A stretch of DNA of 64,000 bases from an uncultured Gammaproteobacteria bacterium (GTDB lineage Bacteria > Patescibacteriota > Microgenomatia > Levybacterales > GWA1-39-11). Of this stretch, positions 10,763 to 20,336 are shown piece by piece. The translations under genes and the position numbers were made by a program. The stretch spans positions 65,301-129,300 of the forward strand of contig CAYVFE010000001.1 in assembly GCA_964450885.1 (NCBI GenBank), written 5' to 3'. Under the pieces are notes generated by a model. That model made no database searches. It worked only from the letters and a program-made list of their open reading frames with translations, and was not told where the DNA came from. Position 1 is the first letter of the stretch; each line of letters begins with the position of its first letter.

Positions 10763-12007
10763 CTAACTTATGACAAAACTTACTTTTGGATAGTTGGATT
10801 CCAAATTAGAGTGAGCAGACTGGGCAGACTCTCCTTTAGCAGTTATCCATCCTAGATAATCAAAATCCCTAGGTGGCATATATACTGCCTCATCCTTTTT
10901 TTTACTAATATGAACCTCCAAAACCCCATTGCTCTTTTTTGCCTCATCGTCTATGTCTATATCTACGATCTTTCCTTCTTTCTGTGGTAGAAAATATCTG
11001 CCTTCTAGATAGAGATTGGGAGTTTCGGGTTTGTGGACGCTGATTTTCTCTCCCAATGCAATCAGGACCGCATAATCCACCAAATCAACTCCCCAAGCGT
11101 GCTTTATAAAACTATAGACCTCGTCTCCCCCCATCCGAAGGTTGATCTCGATAGGGACAGGACCTTTTGATGAAGATTTTGCTTCAAAATGAATGCATCC
11201 ATTTCCTACATTTAATACTTTTAGTACTTTTGAAGCCATATAAATAAGAGCATCCTGTTTTTCTTTTGAGAGCGAAGAGGGCGCAGCTTGACCTGTTTCC
11301 ACGAAATAAGGCTCGTTCGTCTGAAAATTGTCCGTAATCGAAAAGAATTTTATTTCTCCATCTTGTAGCAGAATATCTATGTCGACTTCTTGTCCATCAA
11401 TATATTCCTCAACAAATACATTCGTATTTATCCACTCTGGAGCAAGCCAAAAAGACTCGATGTGCTTTTTGATTGTTTCATACTCCTCCCTTAATTCCTC
11501 TATGGAATCTACCTTAACGACAAATGCGCTCGCCGCACCATATACAGGCTTGATCACCAACGGAAATTTAAGGTTTTCCTGAATACTTATAAGATCAGCC
11601 TCAGAAGATAGCACAGCGTGATGTGGAACAGGGAGGTTATTTCTCTCGCATGCTTGCCTAAAAAAGTACTTATTCTTTATTTCCTCAGCTGTTTTTTTCG
11701 GGATTCCGACCCACCCGAACCTTTCTGTAATTTCCGCCGTAAGCGTCACAACTTCTTCCCAAAAAGTCAAAGCTCCGTCAATTCGATGTTCCTTGTGAGA
11801 CAAATAAGATTCTATCGCCCTTATACATGCGCTGTTATCGGACAAATCCGCAATTATCCAATCGTCTACGAGTCCGTCGGGACAATTCTTTTTACTATCG
11901 AGAATGATGACGTAGTAGCCCAGATCCTGAAGTCTTTTAAGCACCTGCTCCTTACTGGGGTAACCGCTTCGAACTAAAAGAACGTATTTATGATTGGATT
12001 CTTTCAT
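10763..12007 (-). CDS. ATP-grasp ligase, L-amino-acid ligase/carnosine-synthase-like
   Basis: FPLVIKPVYGAAS, FVEEYIDGQEVD, IHFEAK, IEINLRMGGD, LAL-type C-terminal domain. Confidence 0.82.
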   Translation of the reverse strand: MKESNHKYVLLVRSGYPSKEQVLKRLQDLGYYVIILDSKKNCPDGLVDDWIIADLSDNSACIRAIESYLSHKEHRIDGALTFWEEVVTLTAEITERFGWVGIPKKTAEEIKNKYFFRQACERNNLPVPHHAVLSSEADLISIQENLKFPLVIKPVYGAASAFVVKVDSIEELREEYETIKKHIESFWLAPEWINTNVFVEEYIDGQEVDIDILLQDGEIKFFSITDNFQTNEPYFVETGQAAPSSLSKEKQDALIYMASKVLKVLNVGNGCIHFEAKSSSKGPVPIEINLRMGGDEVYSFIKHAWGVDLVDYAVLIALGEKISVHKPETPNLYLEGRYFLPQKEGKIVDIDIDDEAKKSNGVLEVHISKKKDEAVYMPPRDFDYLGWITAKGESAQSAHSNLESNYPKVSFVIS

Positions 12008-12345
12008 TTTTTCTTAGGAGCTACAAGGGAAGGTTAAAAATCTAAAGTTTCGCCGTTTGCAACGAGAGTCTTTCATGTTGTCTCTATTGTTTTAATAGAA
12101 AAAAAAAGTATACCACCGCCAAAAAAAGTTTCAAGTTTACGTAAAATGGCACACTTTTATATTTTTTGCAGGAGGAGTATAATTGTAGGAATGAAAATTT
12201 TTAGCTAACTTTTTGACTAAAAATTTCAATGCAACGGAAGCAGCAAAAGAAATAACACTGTAGTACGCTGCAAATGCCACCCCGCAACAGAGCACAGGTT
12301 TGTAAATCCTAAACCGAGAAGGAATGCTTCAACCACCTAAGTAAC

Positions 12346-12669
12346 TCACTTCTTTTTTAACATCAACTTGATCTCTTTTATATCTTGCTGCATCTTGTCC
12401 TGACTATCACGACTTTCATGACTCCCTTTATGGATTAGGTAAGTAGTCAGGACAACAAATGTCAAAAGCTGCAAGAACTCAGACTGCCAATTCTCAAGAG
12501 TTGAGGACCAAAAATCCGACATAAATTCACCAACCTCTGCCACTTGACCGTGCTGCGCTTGTTCGCTTACAAAGTGCTGCCATTGAAAATAGTATTGTCC
12601 TACCCAGCTAACTAAAAACATCGCAGCAAGCGTTATACTAAGCCCGTAATTTCTAAATAACTTATCCAA
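12346..12669 (-). CDS. DUF6766-like membrane protein
   Basis: GLSITL..MFL.SW.GQ, STLENWQSEFLQL, KGSHES; TTG start with SD AAGGTGGTG. Confidence 0.75.
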   Translation of the reverse strand: MDKLFRNYGLSITLAAMFLVSWVGQYYFQWQHFVSEQAQHGQVAEVGEFMSDFWSSTLENWQSEFLQLLTFVVLTTYLIHKGSHESRDSQDKMQQDIKEIKLMLKKK

Positions 12670-12780
12670 TTTTTATCACCACCTTTGTATTTATCTACTT
12701 ATAGCAACTAAAACGTCCAACCAGGTAATAGTGGTGTAAGAATCCTGCGTGAATGATAATCCTTTTGTTATAATTGCCTC

Positions 12781-13251
12781 ATGAAATACGTAGCATTACT
12801 TCGTGGAATTGGACCAGGAAATCCTAACATGCATCAGGCAAAACTCAAGGAATTTTTTGAAGACTTAGGCTTTAAAAATGTAAGACCTGTAATATCCTCA
12901 GGGAATGTAATCTTTGAATCAGAATCAAGCGACCAAATAGGTCTCGAGAAGAAAATAGAGATCGAACTACCTAAAAAACTCGGATTTACCAGCACAACTA
13001 TCATAAGGTCTGAAAAAGAGCTGGGAAGGTTGATTTCCAAAAATCCCTTCAAAGGAACTGCTGACGAAAAACCAAATTATCTACTAGTTACTTTTTTTAA
13101 AGACAGAAAACTAGAGTTGTGTAGTGTAATTGATTTAAGTAGCAGTAAGACACCGGATTTTATGGCAAAATTAGATCGAGAGTATAAAAAAAAGATAACT
13201 TCTCGAACATGGAAAACAGTACACAGGATCCTAAACAAAATGGGACAATAA
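12781..13251 (+). CDS. DUF1697 family protein
   Basis: MKYVALLRGI, LGFKNVRPVISSGNVIF, ITSRTWKTV. Confidence 0.88.
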   Translation: MKYVALLRGIGPGNPNMHQAKLKEFFEDLGFKNVRPVISSGNVIFESESSDQIGLEKKIEIELPKKLGFTSTTIIRSEKELGRLISKNPFKGTADEKPNYLLVTFFKDRKLELCSVIDLSSSKTPDFMAKLDREYKKKITSRTWKTVHRILNKMGQ

Positions 13252-13301
13252 CTTAGCCCCCGAAATTTTCAATTTCTTATCAAATTCTTACTATTTAACT
13301 C

Positions 13302-13330
13302 TTGACTTAATTAAGTGAATACTTTATTAT
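13302..13330 (+). promoter_or_regulatory. Promoter with palindromic ArsR-type operator
   Basis: TTGACT-17-TATTAT with inverted repeat TAATTAAGT-gaat-ACTTTATTA (13308-13329). Confidence 0.65.
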
Positions 13331-13338
13331 ATATCCAT

Positions 13339-13644
13339 ATGGATATATACGACGCGCTCGCAGAGCCCAGACGCCGCGAGATAATCGAGCTACTTGCAAA
13401 AAACGGAAAACTCGCATCATCAGACATCTCGAACAATTTTAAGATTTCTCCCCCAGCCATTTCACAACATTTAAAAGTTTTAAGAGAAGCGCGACTCGTT
13501 GATATGGAAAAACGCGCACAATCCAGAATTTACTCAATTAATACAAAAGGCTTACTGGAGCTTGAGCTTTGGAGCCGTAAAATGAAAAAAATGTGGGAAA
13601 AAAAATTTGATAAACTTGATAAAGTTCTTTCTGAGATGAAATAA
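13339..13644 (+). CDS. ArsR/SmtB family transcriptional regulator (start revised)
   Basis: ALAEPRRREIIELL, ISPPAISQHLKVLREARLV. Confidence 0.9.
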   Translation: MDIYDALAEPRRREIIELLAKNGKLASSDISNNFKISPPAISQHLKVLREARLVDMEKRAQSRIYSINTKGLLELELWSRKMKKMWEKKFDKLDKVLSEMK

Positions 13645-13649
13645 GAGAG

Positions 13650-14075
13650 GTGAATATTATGAATGATAATAAAATTACAATTACTACAATAGTCAGCTCT
13701 CCGATTGAAAAAGTCTGGGAGTACTGGAACGAACCAAAGCATATTTCCGGCTGGGCTTTTGCGTCCGACGACTGGATGGCGGAAGGCAAAGAAAATGACG
13801 TAAAAGTTGGCGGAAAATTTAAAACGACAATGTCTGCAAAAGACAAAAGTGCAAGTTTTGATTTCGAGGGAGAGTACACTGCCGTTGAAAAGAATAAAGC
13901 TTTGGAATACGTCATGTCCGACGGACGCGAAGTAAAGATAGAATTTGTAGAGACTCCTGAGGGCGTAAGAGTCACAGAAACATTTGACCCTGAAAATGAA
14001 AACCCCTTAGATATGCAGCGGGACGGTTGGCAATCGATTCTAGACAACTTCAAAAAATATACTGAGAGGGGGTGA
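13650..14075 (+). CDS. SRPBCC/AHSA1 domain protein
   Basis: IEKVWEYWNEPKHI..W.FASDDW, QRDGWQSILDNFKKY. Confidence 0.88.
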   Translation: MNIMNDNKITITTIVSSPIEKVWEYWNEPKHISGWAFASDDWMAEGKENDVKVGGKFKTTMSAKDKSASFDFEGEYTAVEKNKALEYVMSDGREVKIEFVETPEGVRVTETFDPENENPLDMQRDGWQSILDNFKKYTERG

Positions 14076-14081
14076 AATAAA

Positions 14082-14579
14082 ATGGAAGAAGGAGTAAAAA
14101 TAGAACGTGTTTTTAATGCTACCCGCGAAAAAGTCTGGGAAGCATGGACGGATCCTGAGATCATTAAAAAATGGTGGGGACCTGAAGGATTTAGTGCGCC
14201 ATTAATAAAAGTAAACCTTGCAGTAGGGGAAAAATACATTTTTGCAATGCATGGGCCTGAGGGCTCTGAGTGGGATCGGGACATGTACTCAGCTGGAGTA
14301 TATAAAGAAATCGTTCCTAATGAAAAATTGGTTGTAACCGACTATTTTTCAGACAGCGAAGGAAACATGATAAACCCCGATGAGGAGGGACAGGATCAGA
14401 ATTTTCCGAAAGAACAAACTGTTACGGTTTTGTTTGAGGATGCAGGAGATGAAAAAACAAAACTCACAATCATCTATCCAAAACCGGAAACTGAGGAACA
14501 AATGGAAGCAATGATAAAGTCTGGCATGAAAGAAGGCTGGATGAGTTCGCTAGATAAATTAGAAAAGGCCTTGGAATAA
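14082..14579 (+). CDS. SRPBCC/AHSA1 domain protein
   Basis: IERVFNATREKVWEAWTDPE..KKWWGP, GWMSSLDKL. Confidence 0.88.
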   Translation: MEEGVKIERVFNATREKVWEAWTDPEIIKKWWGPEGFSAPLIKVNLAVGEKYIFAMHGPEGSEWDRDMYSAGVYKEIVPNEKLVVTDYFSDSEGNMINPDEEGQDQNFPKEQTVTVLFEDAGDEKTKLTIIYPKPETEEQMEAMIKSGMKEGWMSSLDKLEKALE

Positions 14580-14662
14580 TCCAGGGCTTTATGGATCGAG
14601 GCGAGAATATGGCACAACAAATAATACCAAATCTTTGGTTTGATAATAATGCGCAAGAGTTG

Positions 14663-14959
14663 ATGGAAAATAATAGAACACAAAGAGTTTGTTCACGGGG
14701 GCATAAGTTTTATCACAGTAGTGATTGTCCTGTGTGCCCTGTATGCTGGTCGGGATATTACAAGCAGAAAAACAATGGAGATTTTCCTGATAAACTTTCA
14801 GCTCCTGCGCTAAGAGCGCTTCTGGGTGAAAAGATATATAACTTAAAAAAGTTATCAGAGTACACCGAAGAGGAGATACTGAGGCTGCATGGAATGGGAA
14901 AAGCTTCTATTCCGATACTTAAAAAGGCTCTAAGAGAAAAAGGATTATCATTTAGGTGA
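14663..14959 (+). CDS. Cys-rich protein with RNA-polymerase-alpha-CTD-like/HhH domain; preceded in frame by a VOC remnant
   Basis: CSRGHKFY.SSDCPVCPVC, LSAPALRAL, EILRLHGMGKASI. Confidence 0.7.
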   Translation: MENNRTQRVCSRGHKFYHSSDCPVCPVCWSGYYKQKNNGDFPDKLSAPALRALLGEKIYNLKKLSEYTEEEILRLHGMGKASIPILKKALREKGLSFR

Positions 14960-15321
14960 CTATGAGGATGCAAAACTTTAATACGATTGATGAATATATT
15001 TCGTCTTTTCCTGATGATGTTCAAAGTGTGCTTAGAAAGCTTCGTAAACTGATCCACAGCATCGAACCAGACGTGAAAGAGGATATGTCGTATAAGATGC
15101 CGTCATTCAAGCTCGATAAAAAGCCTCTTGTATATTTTGCAGCGTGGAAGAATCACATAAGTTTTTATCCAACACCAAATGGGATGGAGGAATTTGAAAA
15201 GGACCTTGCGCCTTATAAATCGGGAAAGGGCACAGCGCAATTTACTTTGAACAAACCTATTCCATACGAGTTAATAGAAAAAATTGTAAAGTTTAGAACT
15301 GAAGAAATTAATCAAAAATAG
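14956..15321 (+). CDS. DUF1801 (YdhG-like) protein
   Basis: TIDEYISSFP, MSYKMPSF, YFAAWKNHISFYP, KPIPYELIEKIVKFR. Confidence 0.88.
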   Translation: MTMRMQNFNTIDEYISSFPDDVQSVLRKLRKLIHSIEPDVKEDMSYKMPSFKLDKKPLVYFAAWKNHISFYPTPNGMEEFEKDLAPYKSGKGTAQFTLNKPIPYELIEKIVKFRTEEINQK

Positions 15322-15362
15322 CACTATCCACTTTCTTTTCTAACCTATATAATTTATTCCTA

Positions 15363-16661
15363 ATGAAAACATTTTATAAACTGCTTGCCTATGCACTAGT
15401 TGCAGGCACTACAAATAATTTTATCTGGTTTGCGCTAACTTTCTGGATTTACCTAGGCACAAAATCTGTTATCTCGACAGCTTTTATCGGAGGCATGTAT
15501 CTGGTGGCGACAGCTGGACTCGGACTTTGGTTCGGGTCTCTTGTCGATAACCACAGAAAAAAATCAGTAATGCTGGGATCAAGCGTAACTTCGCTGGCAA
15601 TGTTTACACTTGCCTTTCTGATCTATAACGCAACTCCCAAAGAAATGTTTGGCAGCATCACAAGCCCTATTCTTTGGATTTTTGCGTTTGTTCTTATGGC
15701 AGGAGTAGTTGCAGGGAATATCATTGCGATAGCTATTCCGACTCTAGTGACGCATCTTGTTGAAGAAAAAAGCCGGGACAAAGCAAATGGCATGTTTGGG
15801 ACAGTTTTTGGAATTTCTTTTGCCATAACATCGCTTGCCAGCGGTCTTATTTTGGGATTCTTCGGGATCTTCTGGGTGCTTGTTGTCGCCATAGCTTTTA
15901 CAGCCACAGCACTTTTCGTACTGACACTAATAAATATCCCCGAGAAGAAAATCATCCACGCTGATGATGGAGCAAGTAAGAAGATAGACATCGCAGGAAC
16001 ATTTAAGGTTGTGCGGGCGATCCCGGGGCTTTTCGCGCTTATCTTCTTTACAACTTTCAATAATTTTATAGGAGGAGTCTTTATGGCGCTGATGGATGCG
16101 TACGGACTTTCACTTATGTCAGTTCAACTCTGGGGTGCTTTCTGGGGATTTGTAAGCTTTGGATTCATCTTTGGAGGGCTTTTTATCGCAAAACGGGGGC
16201 TTGGAAAAAATCCGCTAAAAACCTTATTTACGGTTAACATTATCATATGGTTTGTATGTATCATCTTTCCACTTCAACCATCTATAATCCTGCTTGCCAT
16301 AGGCTCCGTAACCTGGATGGCACTCTTTCCATTCATCGAAGCGACAGAGCAGACTATCGTCCAGAAAGTCGTTCCTCCTGATCGCCAAGGTAGGGTTTTT
16401 GGATTCGCGCAGAGCATAGAGCAAGCAGCAAGCCCACTAACAGCTTTTATGATGGGCCCTCTCGCACAGATTTTCTTTATTCCCTATATGACAACCGGGG
16501 GTGGGGTGGATCTTATTGGGGGGTGGTTTGGTGTAGGCACCGGACGTGGAATCGCTCTAGTATTCATAACTGCTGGAATAGTAGGCCTTATCGCAACACT
16601 TATCGCAATGAGGTCAAATGCATACAAACTTCTCTCAAATAGATATCTAAAAGGGAAATGA
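15363..16661 (+). CDS. MFS transporter (DHA3-like)
   Basis: About 12 hydrophobic segments; GSLVDNHRKK and QGRVFG MFS loop motifs. Confidence 0.88.
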   Translation: MKTFYKLLAYALVAGTTNNFIWFALTFWIYLGTKSVISTAFIGGMYLVATAGLGLWFGSLVDNHRKKSVMLGSSVTSLAMFTLAFLIYNATPKEMFGSITSPILWIFAFVLMAGVVAGNIIAIAIPTLVTHLVEEKSRDKANGMFGTVFGISFAITSLASGLILGFFGIFWVLVVAIAFTATALFVLTLINIPEKKIIHADDGASKKIDIAGTFKVVRAIPGLFALIFFTTFNNFIGGVFMALMDAYGLSLMSVQLWGAFWGFVSFGFIFGGLFIAKRGLGKNPLKTLFTVNIIIWFVCIIFPLQPSIILLAIGSVTWMALFPFIEATEQTIVQKVVPPDRQGRVFGFAQSIEQAASPLTAFMMGPLAQIFFIPYMTTGGGVDLIGGWFGVGTGRGIALVFITAGIVGLIATLIAMRSNAYKLLSNRYLKGK

Positions 16662-16665
16662 CATT

Positions 16666-17139
16666 CTATTGCTGATCAGAAGATGGTCTTTTAATCTTCA
16701 GGATGGTTTTCAACTTCTCGATACCTGCAGCAAGATAAAGATCCGCGACTGACGGGTTAAGGTGTTTGCGCTGAACATAAAGATAAATCACGACCGTAAA
16801 AGGAATCACTGCAAGAAAGGGGTTACTAAATAACGCAAATACGGTAAAAAGAGAGTATAGCCAGATAGACCACCTTTTGTGCTCGATTATTCCATAAGCA
16901 ATAGTTATCGAAATAACACCAGCAAGAGTCCTAAGGATAAAAAATGAGATATCGACCCTTGCAGGGTGAATTATATCCACGAATAGGCTCCCTATTATAC
17001 TGAGCCCTCCGATGAGCGTAAAGAAGGCGATAAGTCGCATCGGGGTCGGCAGATTCTGACCTGGCAGATTCACCTTGAATTCTTTGCTTATTCTGTCTGC
17101 GACCTGACTTTCTTCCTCGATATTTTCCTCAGGATTCAT
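16666..17139 (-). CDS. Hypothetical membrane protein
   Basis: 3-4 TM segments; fills the gap between MFS and DUF296 genes. Confidence 0.6.
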   Translation of the reverse strand: MNPEENIEEESQVADRISKEFKVNLPGQNLPTPMRLIAFFTLIGGLSIIGSLFVDIIHPARVDISFFILRTLAGVISITIAYGIIEHKRWSIWLYSLFTVFALFSNPFLAVIPFTVVIYLYVQRKHLNPSVADLYLAAGIEKLKTILKIKRPSSDQQ

Positions 17140-17198
17140 TTTTCTATTTTATTTTATAAAGTCAAAACTCACAAGCTTTGTTTGCTATAATTGAGAAT

Positions 17199-17624
17199 AT
17201 GCAATACGCAAAGACGGAAGAAGAATACATAATCCGCCTAGAAAAAGGCGAGAACTTCATAAAAAAAATCGAAAACCTGGCCGAAATCGAGGACATCAAA
17301 ACTGGATTTTTCAATGCGATAGGAGCAGCTACCTCAGCGCAGATATCATTTTACGACCGGGATAAAAAAGAGTACATAAATAATAATCTAGACGAGGACC
17401 ATGAGATAATAAGCCTAACTGGAAATGTAACCACGGTTGAAGGCAAGCCATTTATACATGCGCACTGCGTTCTCTCGAATAAAAATTTCGAGTGTACAGG
17501 AGGGCATCTCAAAGAGGGAATTGTTGGCGCAACTTGCGAGATATATCTTAAAAAGCTTGATCTAAGAATCGGAAGGCAAATGGACGACGAAATCGGACTG
17601 AAACTTCTGGACTGCAAGCAATAA
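17199..17624 (+). CDS. DUF296/PPC-domain protein (start revised)
   Basis: RLEKGE, AIGA, EIISLTGN, HAH, GGHL. Confidence 0.88.
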   Translation: MQYAKTEEEYIIRLEKGENFIKKIENLAEIEDIKTGFFNAIGAATSAQISFYDRDKKEYINNNLDEDHEIISLTGNVTTVEGKPFIHAHCVLSNKNFECTGGHLKEGIVGATCEIYLKKLDLRIGRQMDDEIGLKLLDCKQ

Positions 17625-17669
17625 ATCTTTCCACTTGCTATTATTTACGTTACGATATTAACATAGAGT

Positions 17670-18926
17670 ATGGCAAATCGTGTAGATGAAGGAAAAGTCA
17701 TCAATGAGCTTAATTCCACACGCGCAACTAGAATGCACCTGTTTAAGTCGCAGGAGGCAAAAAGACAGGGCTTTATCCTCCTCAAATTGCACCCAAAAGT
17801 CCAGAAGGAAATCATAAACAACATATCCGATGAGGAAATAATGACTATGCTAAATCCGCTGGATCCCGACAAGTCAACAGATATTCTTCAGATGCTCAGC
17901 AAGGAAAGGTCCAACAAATTAACCGCCAGTCTTAACGACAACGTAAAGGAAAAGGTCGAATTCCTTCTTAAGTTCAATCCGAAGGCCGCGGCAGGACTTA
18001 TGAACCTCAACTACATACTTATCGAAAAATCCACTCCGGTCAAAGACATCGTGACAGAGCTTGCCGACTATGAGAGTAAATCAGGCAAATTTCCCTCAAT
18101 ATTGATAGTGGAGGATGGGAAATTACTAGGAGAACTCCCTGGCTCCGCTCTGGCTATCCATAAAGAGAATGCGATAAAAGACCGTTATCTACGCAAAATT
18201 CCATCAATTAAATTCGATAGTGAGGCGCAAAGAATCATAAGATCATTCGTCAAAAACCCAAGGAGCAAGGTAGCAGTACTAGATCATGACGAAAGCGTTT
18301 TGGGAATTATACACTCAAGAGACATCCTGGCGCTTTTGGATAAGCATGCGATGCGCGACCTGTTTGGATTTGCTGGAGTTGACCGTGAAGAAAGCGCTCT
18401 CGATTCGATACTTACAAAAGTTAAATACAGGTATAAGTGGCTCATCCTAAATCTCGGGACATCATTTTTCGCTGCCTCGATAGTTGGCTTATTCGAAAGC
18501 ACGATAGCTCAGGTAACCCTTCTTGCGGTCTATATGCCAATCGTTGCCGGAATGGGAGGGAACGCAGGCACACAATCCATGGCAGTTGCTATACGAGGGC
18601 TTGTCTTAAAAGAAGTTTCGCTCAAAACCAGTGCAAAATTGGTTTTAAACGAGATGGGAGCAGGCGCGATAAACGGAATCATAAATGGAGCAATAGTTGC
18701 GGTTATCGCAACAGTCTTTAATAAATCCCCCATGTTCGGAGCTGTAATAGCCATAGCTATGGTCATAAATCTGGTGACTGCAGGATTTTTTGGCGCGATA
18801 GTGCCTCTTCTCATGAAGGCCTTGAAGAAAGATCCAGCGTCGTCTGCAACCATATTCATAACGACAGCAACGGACGTTATAGGATTTTTTGTATTCTTAG
18901 GACTCGCGAGTGTTCTCCTTCTATAA
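17670..18926 (+). CDS. mgtE: Magnesium transporter MgtE
   Basis: CBS-like region then MGGNAGTQS, DPASSATIFITTATDVIG. Confidence 0.9.
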   Translation: MANRVDEGKVINELNSTRATRMHLFKSQEAKRQGFILLKLHPKVQKEIINNISDEEIMTMLNPLDPDKSTDILQMLSKERSNKLTASLNDNVKEKVEFLLKFNPKAAAGLMNLNYILIEKSTPVKDIVTELADYESKSGKFPSILIVEDGKLLGELPGSALAIHKENAIKDRYLRKIPSIKFDSEAQRIIRSFVKNPRSKVAVLDHDESVLGIIHSRDILALLDKHAMRDLFGFAGVDREESALDSILTKVKYRYKWLILNLGTSFFAASIVGLFESTIAQVTLLAVYMPIVAGMGGNAGTQSMAVAIRGLVLKEVSLKTSAKLVLNEMGAGAINGIINGAIVAVIATVFNKSPMFGAVIAIAMVINLVTAGFFGAIVPLLMKALKKDPASSATIFITTATDVIGFFVFLGLASVLLL

Positions 18927-18952
18927 AACCGCAGCAGGCATCTGCCAAAAAG

Positions 18953-20080
18953 CTATTTTTTGTAATTTCTGAGGTAGACATATCCTCGCAGGAAAATCAA
19001 AAATACCGCTATCGCTGGAAAAAGCTCTGCTGCCTCTTCCCAAATATCAAACGAATTGTCTACCAAAAACCCATTTGTACCAAAATATTGAGCGGTAATT
19101 TCATGAAAATCCGTCAACGAATACCGCCATACGACATAACCGATGATAACCACAAAGTAGGGGATCAAATACCATCTGGAAAGGACTGGCCTCAAGTATT
19201 CGCTTATTTTAATCCCTCTAATTCTTAACGGAATATAAAACACCACCCAGGACAATATTCCATAAATTCCCATCAATAGATATGCATCATACACATATTT
19301 AAAGATAAAGCTGACATTGTGAAGGGTTGTTTCGTCTTGTTGGTTTATAGCCTTTAGCTCTTCGGGGGTGGAGATCCCAAATATTCTCTGGCCCCAGGAA
19401 ATCTCCTCACCGGCAAGAACCATGAGCACTATTGCACTTAGCAAAAGGAGGGCTAGCCATACATTTCTTAAGGTTTTTTTTACATTTAGCTTCCTGACAA
19501 CCGTAAAGGCAAGAAAAGAAAATATACCAGCTGCAAAAAAGAAAGACGATTGAGCATATTCTATTATGCTGTCTTCTCTATCAAGAGTGTAGAAAACGTC
19601 AGGCAATCTCCATTTCAAAAACACATAAAGACAGAACAGAATAATTCCTGAGGAAAAAATTGCCATTCTCCAGTTCTTCACGATTACATCAATCCGCAGG
19701 AAAGCAAGACTAAATAAAAGCATGAAAAAGGCAAAATCAAAAAAAGCATCCTGATGTATGTGCAGTAGTCCATATATGAAATTAGGGTGAATTACTATGG
19801 TAAAAACCTTCAATATAATAGCGATCGTGATAAATATTGGCGATACCACAAAAAGCATTTGGAAACATAGCCCCTTACTTAAAGAAACTTTCCAAAAAAC
19901 CCTTAAGATCATGGATAATGCCAAAATAGACCACCAAACATAGTGAAGCGGAAATCCGATATTTGACAGGAATGCCCCTTTGTATAAAAAAATATCCGGA
20001 AGGGATAGCACAGCCGCCACTACGAAAAGCAGCACGGGGAGAAAGTTTTGTGATCGCAATAAATTCCTAACTTGTCCCAT
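18953..20080 (-). CDS. Multi-pass membrane protein of unknown function
   Basis: Many TM helices; EDSIIE, GEEISWGQRIFG, NQQDETTLHN motifs. Confidence 0.7.
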   Translation of the reverse strand: MGQVRNLLRSQNFLPVLLFVVAAVLSLPDIFLYKGAFLSNIGFPLHYVWWSILALSMILRVFWKVSLSKGLCFQMLFVVSPIFITIAIILKVFTIVIHPNFIYGLLHIHQDAFFDFAFFMLLFSLAFLRIDVIVKNWRMAIFSSGIILFCLYVFLKWRLPDVFYTLDREDSIIEYAQSSFFFAAGIFSFLAFTVVRKLNVKKTLRNVWLALLLLSAIVLMVLAGEEISWGQRIFGISTPEELKAINQQDETTLHNVSFIFKYVYDAYLLMGIYGILSWVVFYIPLRIRGIKISEYLRPVLSRWYLIPYFVVIIGYVVWRYSLTDFHEITAQYFGTNGFLVDNSFDIWEEAAELFPAIAVFLIFLRGYVYLRNYKK

Positions 20081-20183
20081 GATTTATTCTATAACAAAAA
20101 CCCACCCACACAACCTTCTTACAAAGAGCATAAAGCATATTTACTGAAAAAAACTAATATATCAGACAGGAGGTGATAATTTT

Positions 20184-20336
20184 ATGCCGGCAAAATCTGA
20201 GAAGCAAAGAAATGCAGCAGGGGCTGCGCTTAGTGCAAAAAGAGGAGAACAAAAGAGAAGCAGTCTAAAGGGCGCGTCCAGACAGATGCTTTCGATGAGC
20301 GAAAAGGAGCTGTCTAAAATGGCAAGCAAGAACTAA
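20184..20336 (+). CDS. DUF3008 family small protein, 50 aa (not in ORF track)
   Basis: MPAKSEKQRNAAGAALSAKRG...LKGASRQMLSMSEKELSKMASKN*; SD AGGAGGTG. Confidence 0.85.
   Translation: MPAKSEKQRNAAGAALSAKRGEQKRSSLKGASRQMLSMSEKELSKMASKN

Noticed and set aside
13538-14284. 248-aa minus-strand ORF
   Set aside because: Antisense to the well-supported ArsR and SRPBCC genes; no motifs
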